Below, in pieces: positions 10,197-18,170 of a stretch of 41,397 nucleotides of DNA. The translations under genes were made by a program, and so were the position numbers. The notes beneath the pieces are model-generated. The model was not told the origin of the DNA and did not search any database. It saw nothing but the letters and a program-made list of their open reading frames with translations. The stretch is from the IMG/VR virus record IMGVR_UViG_3300020045_003743, positions 1 to 41,397 of that record; one strand, 5' to 3'. The stretch is from a virus. Its lineage: Duplodnaviria > Caudoviricetes. Within the stretch, counting starts at the first letter, position 1. Each line of letters opens with the position of its first letter.

Positions 10197-12968
10197 ATGC
10201 CAAATAATAATAGTATTGATTTAATCGTTGGAAAGCAAGCGATTGAGGGATTAGAGCAGCTTATTTCTAAGTTAGGAATGGGACAAGAAGCTATATTAAA
10301 AATGGCAGACGCTTATTTAATTTTAGATAAAAATTCTAAAATAAACACAAAATCAGCATCAACAGCTAATACGGCTGCAATGTCTCAAATGAATAAAGAG
10401 ATACAAGAGCAGGCGGTGGCTTATAATGCAGTTGGAACGGCTATAACCAAAGTAACGGCAGTTAGAAAAGTAAACAACAAACTAACGGCAGAAGAAAGCG
10501 TAAACCAAGCTATACTTAATAAAAACGCAATAGAACACGCTAAGAGTGTTTCTCAAATGGTAGGAAACTATCAAAAATTAAACATAGAACGCAGAAAAGC
10601 ACAAACAGTATTAGCCGATTTACTGAGTGCCGAAAATAGAAATTCAGCAGCGATAAAACAAGCGCAAAAAGACTTTGATTTATTAGATAAAAAAGTAAAA
10701 GCGGTTAATGCTTCAACTAAAAACTTTTCTTTAAATGTAGGGAATTATAGGAGTGCATTTAACGGGATAGGCAGTAGTATGACTTCTTTTGCTAGTGCGT
10801 TTGGAATTATTGGCGGTGCGGCTGGTTTAGCAATGGTTACAAAGGATATGTTTGAGCAAACAAAGGCTTTAGAGTCTTTGGATTTTGCATTAAAAACAGT
10901 TACCGGAACACAGCAAAACTTTACAGAAACACAATCCTTTTTAAGTAGGATTTCAGAACAATACGGGGGCGAAATAAATACCTTAACGAGTTCTTACATT
11001 CAATTTTACGCTTCGGCTAAAAACAAACTAGCAGGAAAAGAAATACAGGATATTTTTGAGAGTATTTCAAAAAGTGCTGGAGTTTTAGGATTAAGCACTG
11101 AAAGACAAGGAAAAGCTTTTTTAGCCTTAAACCAAATGATGTCAAAAGGCACTATTCAAGCGGAGGAATTAAGAGGTCAATTGTCAGAGGCATTACCTAA
11201 TGCAATGGGTATAATGAAAAATGCAGTTCAGGTATTAAATCCTGAAATGAAAGTAACCGAAAAGTTAATCGGTGAAATGATGAAAAAAGGCGAGCTTTTA
11301 AGTGCGGAAGTATTGCCAGAGTTTGCCCGTCAAATGGAAAAATCATACGGGATTGAAAATGTAACCAAAGTAAATACTTTAAATGCTTCGGTTGCAAGGT
11401 TAAGCAATGGATATAAAGAGTTTGTGCGTAGTTTTAGTGAGGGCGAAGGAGGTATTAAAACATTCTTTCAGTTCTTAGTTGATGGGGCAAAAGACGCACT
11501 AAGCCAACTTACAAGATTAAATAGTTCTTGGGATACCTTATTTAAAAAGGCAGGAATGAAAGGGCAAGAGTCAGGTAAAAGTATATTTCAACAAAGACTG
11601 GAGCAAGGAAAAGGAACAGGAACGGATGCGGAAATAGCAGCATCAATCAGGGCGGTAGCTGAAAGAGACTACAAAATAATAAAAGGCGCGTACAACGAAA
11701 ACGAAAAGAAAATTAGAGAGTTTAATCCTTATGCTATCAATTTTGGAGAAAGCGGAAAAGATTTAAAATTAAAAAAAGAGGAATTAAACAGACAATTACA
11801 AGAACAGGCTGCAATAATTAGAGAGTCAAGAAGTGCTGGAGTTGTCACCTCGGTTAGTCCAGTTGAAGTAGTGGTAGAAGAAACAAAAGCTATAAAAGAC
11901 AACACAAAAGCAGTAAAAGAAAACAAAAGGGAAAAAGTTGAGGGCGTTGGAATGGTTGGAACGGTTGACGTAAAAGATAGCGCACTGGAACGCCTTAAAA
12001 TGCTTAAAACGGCTTTAGAGAAAACAAGAGACGAAACGGCAAAAAATGCCACTGAATTTGTACAGTTTAATAAATCTATTGACGATGTAAACGAAGCTAT
12101 TGACGTATTAACAAAACCTATCACGGTTGATATTGATATTAAAACACCTACTGCAAAATTAGACAAAGTTAAAACGGATTACAAAGATACATTTGATGCA
12201 ATAGCGGAAGCGGCACAAAAAGGAGCTGCAATAATCGCAGACTTCAACGATATGAATTTTAACAATGAATATCAAAGATTGTCAGACCAAAAAGATATGG
12301 CTTTAAAATTCGCTGGAGACAGTGCAGAAGCTAAATTAAAAATAGAAGCAGACTATGAAAAGAAGCGTAAAGAAATAGCTAATAGAGAAAACAAAGCGAA
12401 ACAAAAACAGGCTATTTTTAATATTGCTATTGATACAGCTCAGGCAATTATGGCAACGGTTGGTAAAACTGGTTTTATGGGATTGCCTTTGGCTTTAATA
12501 TTAGGTGCGTTAGGTGCGGCACAAATCGCAATGGTAGCAGCTCAAAAGATACCACAATATTTTAAAGGAGGTACTCACGACGGGGGTTTAATGCTTGTTA
12601 ATGACGCCAAAGGTTCTAACTATCAGGAAACTATTGTAACTCCAGACGGTAAGATAATGCAACCAACGGAAAGAAACGTCTTAATGGATGCTCCAAGCGG
12701 TACGCAAATTTTCACGCCTGAACAATGGCACGAAAAACAACTGTTTGAAATGATGCAGGGTAAAGGAATTGCAATGACAAACAATTACGCTAAAAGCAAC
12801 GGTTTGACTTATGAGCAAATGGACGCCATTATAGGTAAACACTTTGCAAACATCACGACAAACACAACTATATTAGATAAAAACGGGTTTCAGTCTTTCA
12901 GCTCAAAACGTGGTAATATCACGATACAGAACAATAATAGAAGTCAAGGGATCGGATTTAGTGTTTAA
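10197..12968 (+). CDS. Tape measure protein
   Basis: 923 aa, helical; ALNQMMSKGTIQAEELRGQLSEALP tape-measure domain motif; hydrophobic segments. Confidence 0.93.
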   Translation: MPNNNSIDLIVGKQAIEGLEQLISKLGMGQEAILKMADAYLILDKNSKINTKSASTANTAAMSQMNKEIQEQAVAYNAVGTAITKVTAVRKVNNKLTAEESVNQAILNKNAIEHAKSVSQMVGNYQKLNIERRKAQTVLADLLSAENRNSAAIKQAQKDFDLLDKKVKAVNASTKNFSLNVGNYRSAFNGIGSSMTSFASAFGIIGGAAGLAMVTKDMFEQTKALESLDFALKTVTGTQQNFTETQSFLSRISEQYGGEINTLTSSYIQFYASAKNKLAGKEIQDIFESISKSAGVLGLSTERQGKAFLALNQMMSKGTIQAEELRGQLSEALPNAMGIMKNAVQVLNPEMKVTEKLIGEMMKKGELLSAEVLPEFARQMEKSYGIENVTKVNTLNASVARLSNGYKEFVRSFSEGEGGIKTFFQFLVDGAKDALSQLTRLNSSWDTLFKKAGMKGQESGKSIFQQRLEQGKGTGTDAEIAASIRAVAERDYKIIKGAYNENEKKIREFNPYAINFGESGKDLKLKKEELNRQLQEQAAIIRESRSAGVVTSVSPVEVVVEETKAIKDNTKAVKENKREKVEGVGMVGTVDVKDSALERLKMLKTALEKTRDETAKNATEFVQFNKSIDDVNEAIDVLTKPITVDIDIKTPTAKLDKVKTDYKDTFDAIAEAAQKGAAIIADFNDMNFNNEYQRLSDQKDMALKFAGDSAEAKLKIEADYEKKRKEIANRENKAKQKQAIFNIAIDTAQAIMATVGKTGFMGLPLALILGALGAAQIAMVAAQKIPQYFKGGTHDGGLMLVNDAKGSNYQETIVTPDGKIMQPTERNVLMDAPSGTQIFTPEQWHEKQLFEMMQGKGIAMTNNYAKSNGLTYEQMDAIIGKHFANITTNTTILDKNGFQSFSSKRGNITIQNNNRSQGIGFSV

Positions 12969-13192
12969 TCGCAGCAACAAAAAGAGGTTACTGAATGTGA
13001 TTTCTTAATGCTTTCGATAGTTTCTGCACTTGGCTCGTTTGTTTCGCAATCAATGGGAACATTAGTGATTTTGGCTAAAAAGTAAGATCCATCAGTAGCG
13101 GTTTTAGCAAACGAACAAGTTGATTTACATACTTCTTTATCAGTTGAGCAACTTGACAAAATAATTACGAATAATAATAGTATCTTTTTCAT
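12965..13192 (-). CDS. Antisense Cys-rich lipoprotein, 75 aa (candidate superinfection exclusion)
   Basis: MKKILLLFVIILSSC lipobox; own TATCTTTG element at 13204-13197; fills the intergenic gap exactly. Confidence 0.7.
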   Translation of the reverse strand: MKKILLLFVIILSSCSTDKEVCKSTCSFAKTATDGSYFLAKITNVPIDCETNEPSAETIESIKKSHSVTSFCCCD

Positions 13193-13219
13193 TAACCAAA
13201 GATATAATAAAAATAACAA

Positions 13220-15706
13220 ATGGGCGAAAAATTTTATTTAGATTTTAAAAGTGATAATTTCGGATTAGTAGAAATTAATGAGCCTATCGGTTACGCTTCG
13301 ATTGACTTCAATTTAAACCAAAAAGACAAGGGAATGGGGCGAGACGTTTCTTTCAACGGGGGAGAAACACAGTTCGAGTTTGTCGATTATCGCAACCATT
13401 ATTTAGAACAACTTTTATATTATGCGCATTACTTTGGTTTTGAGGCAAAAGTAAACTTAATCATTGAAAAAGCAGGAATAAGCAACATTATAGGAGAGTT
13501 AGATTTTGCCACTTCTATTACAGATGATTTAAAGTATTTTAAATGCAAGGTGATGCAGGAAAGTAACTTACAGATTATTAAGCGTAGAAAAGCGGTTAAA
13601 GTAGATTTGTTGAGTAATAAAGACGCAGACGGTAACGCTATAACTCCATTATTACCAGAGAATATATTAATGATTAGCAAGCCGGTTGTCCAAAAATCAG
13701 AGTGGAAAAGTTCGTTTACCGGAGTTGATCCAAATAATTATTTTAATCCTTGCCAAAACTTAGTATCAACAGGAATTGAAGATAGCACCACATTTTTTCA
13801 AGTAGGCGTAAAGGACAAAACTTTTTACACTTCTGGAGTTGACATAAACGAACACTTTCAATTAATAAAAGCAAAAAACGCACTTAAAAACATTAAAATA
13901 TCATTAAAAGGTATTGAAATGGACACCACAATAAGAAATCAATTGATTATAGTTTACGGTGGCGTAAAAGTAGTTTTAAAATCGCTTACAAAATTACAAT
14001 CTTTTTACGGAGACATAGATTATAACATTGATTCGCTGGATCGGGACGCTATGATAAGCATCTACTTTTTTAGTGAGGGTTTTTGCGCCCGTAAATTGGA
14101 CAGCATTACGATAACAGTTGAAAGCACTTCTTATAATTCTATTACCCCATCATTTAGATTAATCGACGTAATGAGCCAAGTCGTTAAATCAATATCAGGA
14201 TTAACAATAAACGCTCCAAGATACGCAAATTTAGGGCAGTTTTACGACAATAGATTGTTTAATGGTAACTTTCTTAGGAATGTAAAAGATAAGTCTTTTT
14301 ATGTGAGTTTAGAAGATATTGAAAAGTCTATAACTGAAATGAATGCAGATTACGAGATAGACACAAACGGAAACGTATTTTTTGGGATTGAGCAGGATTT
14401 CTACACTTCAACAGAAAGCGGTTTCTTTGACAATACCCAATTTAGCGGAATGAGTAAAGGATTTAATCCCAAATATTCTGTGAATGAATTTAACTACTCT
14501 TATAAAAATTATCAATCGTTAAAAGAAAAAGAAGAACTAAATTCAGCCGACACCATACACGGAGAAAGTAGATGGGTATTGTTTAACAAAATGGTAGAAA
14601 ACAAAAAAGAGGTTTCTATCGAATGGACAAGAGATGCTTTTTTAATCGAGGCAACACGAAGAAAAGCCTTAGAAATTACGGAAGAAACAGCATCGCAGGA
14701 AGATAACAGCTTGTTTATAATTGACACCATCAACACGACAGCGGAACAGAAATTAACGGAAGTTACAAGCCTAAACCATACTTTTAACAAGGACGCAAAC
14801 AGACTGACTTTACAAAGTGATGGAAGCGTTAATTTTATTGTTTTAGGTATTGAGTTAGGAAGTGTATTTACTATCAATCCAAGCCATTTAAATGCAGGGA
14901 ATTATACAGTATTCGCAATCGCTAACAATACCTTAGAATTAACTAGAACGAGCGCAGGAGCTATCAGTATTGCGGGAGACGGTATAAAAGTAACTAATTA
15001 CACTTATACGTTAAACTTGGTTAGTATTCCTTACACAAATTACACCAATCAGGGATTTACGGCTATCAACAACTTGAACACTTCGGACAGATACAGCAAT
15101 TTAAGATATTCAGTAAGGCGAAACATAGAAAACTATTATCAGTCTTATTTAGCTACTTGTAATTTATATTGGAAAAACAAACCAATTATAAACACTTGGT
15201 ATAAAAATAATGGGGATTGTTCCACAACTTACTTGGGTAAAACGTTGGTAGAAAAAAGTAATTTAACACCGGTTAATCCAATAGTAACTCCTTTTATGTA
15301 TGATAACGTAATATTTGCAAATGTGGAGTTTGAGGATTTCATTACATTACAAAACAACATAAGAAGTCAAAGGGGATATATTCGTACAATAGACAATAAT
15401 AATCAGGTTGTAAAGTTGTACCCCGTAACAATGAAGTACGAAAATTTAAGTAAAGAATTAACCATTAAAGGCGAAGAAAAATACGAACCTGTTACAATGG
15501 CAATCGTTAAAAACAACGGTGTAATAACTATTAATAACGAAACGCAAATACATAAAATCATTTATGAGTTAAAAGATGAGAAAGTATTTGTTTATGATAG
15601 TAATAGACAAAGACTGTATAACGGTTGTTTCTGGAGCTTAGTAAGCGTAAACGGTGCAACAGCTTCAAGTATTGACGAATTGGATAACTGGCTAACTTTA
15701 TTATAA
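13220..15706 (+). CDS. Tail tip/hub protein
   Basis: 828 aa, directly after the tape measure gene. Confidence 0.6.
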   Translation: MGEKFYLDFKSDNFGLVEINEPIGYASIDFNLNQKDKGMGRDVSFNGGETQFEFVDYRNHYLEQLLYYAHYFGFEAKVNLIIEKAGISNIIGELDFATSITDDLKYFKCKVMQESNLQIIKRRKAVKVDLLSNKDADGNAITPLLPENILMISKPVVQKSEWKSSFTGVDPNNYFNPCQNLVSTGIEDSTTFFQVGVKDKTFYTSGVDINEHFQLIKAKNALKNIKISLKGIEMDTTIRNQLIIVYGGVKVVLKSLTKLQSFYGDIDYNIDSLDRDAMISIYFFSEGFCARKLDSITITVESTSYNSITPSFRLIDVMSQVVKSISGLTINAPRYANLGQFYDNRLFNGNFLRNVKDKSFYVSLEDIEKSITEMNADYEIDTNGNVFFGIEQDFYTSTESGFFDNTQFSGMSKGFNPKYSVNEFNYSYKNYQSLKEKEELNSADTIHGESRWVLFNKMVENKKEVSIEWTRDAFLIEATRRKALEITEETASQEDNSLFIIDTINTTAEQKLTEVTSLNHTFNKDANRLTLQSDGSVNFIVLGIELGSVFTINPSHLNAGNYTVFAIANNTLELTRTSAGAISIAGDGIKVTNYTYTLNLVSIPYTNYTNQGFTAINNLNTSDRYSNLRYSVRRNIENYYQSYLATCNLYWKNKPIINTWYKNNGDCSTTYLGKTLVEKSNLTPVNPIVTPFMYDNVIFANVEFEDFITLQNNIRSQRGYIRTIDNNNQVVKLYPVTMKYENLSKELTIKGEEKYEPVTMAIVKNNGVITINNETQIHKIIYELKDEKVFVYDSNRQRLYNGCFWSLVSVNGATASSIDELDNWLTLL

Positions 15707-15924
15707 TGGAAGAAGATGATCCAATTTATAACGATATGGAATACGAACAAAGCGACACCCGTTATGAGGTGGTTTCAATTTGTAACCAAGCTTTAAATGC
15801 GGTTGAGGGAATTAATATAATGAGCAAAGAAGATAATTACAGGGTTTCAGAGATTAAAAGAAAGTCTTTGCGGCTAATAGAATACCATATTAATATGCTA
15901 TATGATGAAAATTTTGAAGATTAA
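15706..15924 (+). CDS. Hypothetical acidic protein
   Basis: TAATG coupling to the upstream gene. Confidence 0.55.
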   Translation: MEEDDPIYNDMEYEQSDTRYEVVSICNQALNAVEGINIMSKEDNYRVSEIKRKSLRLIEYHINMLYDENFED

Positions 15925-15931
15925 TTAAAAA

Positions 15932-15965
15932 TTACGTTGTGGTATTAAATTAATTTGTATATTTG
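15932..15965 (+). promoter_or_regulatory. Moron promoter with TTACGTT site
   Basis: TTACGTT-gtg-GTATTA then TATATTTG (15958-15965). Confidence 0.65.
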
Positions 15966-16023
15966 TGACTGAATGATTCAAGATTACACGTGTGAAGTTG
16001 CACGATGACTATTTAAAAACTCA

Positions 16024-16053
16024 AAGACCTTGCTTAATTGTGAGGTCTTTTTT
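16024..16053 (+). terminator. Leader terminator/attenuator
   Basis: AAAGACCTTGC-ttaatt-GTGAGGTCTTT followed by T run, upstream of the first moron ORF. Confidence 0.65.
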
Positions 16054-16067
16054 AATTTAATAAAGTT

Positions 16068-16277
16068 ATGAAAAAAATACCCGATTTGGAAATAATAGGA
16101 AACACAGACGATTTAGTCGCAAAAATACACTTATATTTATTAGAACGTGGCGAAGAAATACACACACATTATGTTGTTGGATATGAAAATGATGATTTTG
16201 TTAAAAACATAACAAGAGTTAGGTTTTATCCAGAAAAAGGACTTGAAGAAATAAAATCACTTAAATATAAAAGATAA
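16068..16277 (+). CDS. Moron hypothetical protein
   Basis: ORF with TAAAGTTATG start context, shared with the next gene. Confidence 0.6.
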   Translation: MKKIPDLEIIGNTDDLVAKIHLYLLERGEEIHTHYVVGYENDDFVKNITRVRFYPEKGLEEIKSLKYKR

Positions 16278-16286
16278 ATTAAAGTT

Positions 16287-16697
16287 ATGGAAGCAAATGA
16301 ATTAAGAATTGGAAATTATATTTTAAAATCATTAAAAAGCGGTAATGGAAGAAAAATAAACGATAAAATTGGAGTTCAAGATATTGTTAGAATTTATGAA
16401 AACACAGGTTCTTTTAATTATGAGTCTATCCCATTAACAGAAGAATGGCTATTAAAGTTTGGGTTTAAAATAATTGATGATAATCCAAAACAAAAACCAC
16501 AATACAAAGGAGATATTATATTTAAAATATTAGATTTTGAATTTTCTAATTCAGACAAATCAAATAATAATAACGGTTTTTATTGTTATGAAATTAATAA
16601 CGGAGATACAATAATAAACTATGTTAATCAACTTCAAAACCTATATTTCGCATTAACAGGCGAAGAATTATTAATAACCAACACAAACAACTTATGA
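16287..16697 (+). CDS. Hypothetical protein (ELRIGN...LQNLYFALTGEEL type), paralog of 36196-36555
   Basis: Three conserved blocks shared with 36196-36555. Confidence 0.75.
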   Translation: MEANELRIGNYILKSLKSGNGRKINDKIGVQDIVRIYENTGSFNYESIPLTEEWLLKFGFKIIDDNPKQKPQYKGDIIFKILDFEFSNSDKSNNNNGFYCYEINNGDTIINYVNQLQNLYFALTGEELLITNTNNL

Positions 16698-16733
16698 CAA
16701 AAAAAAGTTAATCATTAATTCTACGATACAAAT

Positions 16734-16762
16734 AACCGCTAATCCTAAAGGCGGTTTTTTTA
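16734..16762 (+). terminator. Intrinsic terminator closing the moron
   Basis: AACCGCT...GGCGGTT followed by T run. Confidence 0.7.
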
Positions 16763-16782
16763 TACAATAAATTTATTTATAC

Positions 16783-16817
16783 TTACGTTAAAGTATTAGT
16801 TTATTTTCTTATCTTTG
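16783..16817 (+). promoter_or_regulatory. Tail-fibre operon promoter with TTACGTT site
   Basis: TTACGTT-aaa-GTATTA then TATCTTTG (16810-16817); downstream sequence resembles the portal promoter. Confidence 0.65.
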
Positions 16818-16857
16818 TAATTATTAACTATTGTCGTGATGACAGAGGTAAAATTAT

Positions 16858-17694
16858 ATGACTGCACCCGTTATAAACCTATTCCGTTCCAAAGATGAGG
16901 CGTTGTACTTCAAAAACAGCCAGCTAAACGGATTCTACGTTTTTACGGGTGTGCAGTTGTTGCCAAACAATCCTATTTCTTACGTACAAATTACGGACAC
17001 TCCAGACGGTTTAAACATCGAGGACTGGACAGTTAAAGCCGTTACCCTATACAAAGGAACGCAAACCGACATTACGCCCTATTTTAATGTAGACAGTTTA
17101 ACCAATTCCCTAAGCGGAAACCCACAATTATTCTGGTCTTTAACAGACGTTCCTTTTGACTTTGGCAGTAATCTAATTTACTTGGAAATAAACCAAACTT
17201 TAGGTGAGACATTCTACTCACAACCTTTTTTACTCACTGATTATGAAAACGAGAAAGTTACGCAGTTTCATTACAAAGATAAAAGAACGGATATTTATCA
17301 GTCTATTGGGTTTCAAAGTTGGTTTAGGCAATCTGATAAAAAAACGAAATTAACGTCTTATTACGAGGCTTCAACACGCAACACGGTAACACAGGCGGTT
17401 GAAACCAACAAAACTGAAAAACACGTTTCGGAAGATATGAGTATCGATACCCTGATACAGTTTACCGACATTCTCGAAAGTCCTTATTTATATGTTAATC
17501 AAATAAGATGCAGTCTTTTTGAGGCGGTTAACGTGCCGGAACTTACCCAACAGGAAAATTTTGGAAACATAACCTTTGTACTTTCTCCCAACAAAAACGA
17601 CGTGTATAGCGGTAATTATGTAGCTCCCATAATCGTAACTACACCAGATTACTCTCCTTTAGATTATTCAGCAACAGATTATAAAACAACATAG
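16858..17694 (+). CDS. Putative minor tail/baseplate protein
   Basis: 278 aa in the tail region. Confidence 0.5.
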   Translation: MTAPVINLFRSKDEALYFKNSQLNGFYVFTGVQLLPNNPISYVQITDTPDGLNIEDWTVKAVTLYKGTQTDITPYFNVDSLTNSLSGNPQLFWSLTDVPFDFGSNLIYLEINQTLGETFYSQPFLLTDYENEKVTQFHYKDKRTDIYQSIGFQSWFRQSDKKTKLTSYYEASTRNTVTQAVETNKTEKHVSEDMSIDTLIQFTDILESPYLYVNQIRCSLFEAVNVPELTQQENFGNITFVLSPNKNDVYSGNYVAPIIVTTPDYSPLDYSATDYKTT

Positions 17695-17696
17695 CA

Positions 17697-18170
17697 ATGA
17701 CAGCAACAGAAATAAGAGACTTAATAACAAACTACTTAGGCAGTGCATCAAGCATCACGGCAGTAGAACACAAAGCAATCGAAAACGCTTTGATTGACTA
17801 TGCAGAAGCAACGCAAACACAAGCCACAAATTTAGCAGCTTCTTTGTTGGCTTCATTTCCTAAAAACGTTGGTTTTATATCGGGTTTGAATTTTCCGGTA
17901 ACAAGTGGCAGCGTAACGTGTGGAGGAAACATAACAACCGCAACAGGTTCGTCTAGCGGTATTTTATGCACAATGGCAAACGCAATGCCAAGTACAAATT
18001 ATATTGTTAAATGCCAATTCGAGAGTTTGGGAACAAACACGTTAGACGGTCAAATAGCCGCCCCAATGTTCAAGAAAGTATCTACAACGCAATTTTATTT
18101 TATCGCAGTAGAAACCAACAATGCAACTCAAAATTTAAAAGTACACTTTGAAGTTAAAAGTTTAGACTAA
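17697..18170 (+). CDS. Putative minor tail/fibre-associated protein
   Basis: Helical N-terminus with Thr-rich beta-type C-terminus (MANAMPSTNYIV). Confidence 0.5.
   Translation: MTATEIRDLITNYLGSASSITAVEHKAIENALIDYAEATQTQATNLAASLLASFPKNVGFISGLNFPVTSGSVTCGGNITTATGSSSGILCTMANAMPSTNYIVKCQFESLGTNTLDGQIAAPMFKKVSTTQFYFIAVETNNATQNLKVHFEVKSLD

Noticed and set aside
547-14877. Minus-strand and nested ORFs in the structural region (e.g. 547-819, 3362-3670, 8496-8771, 11729-12166, 14512-14877)
   Set aside because: They are shadows of well-supported plus-strand genes, with no motifs or promoters.
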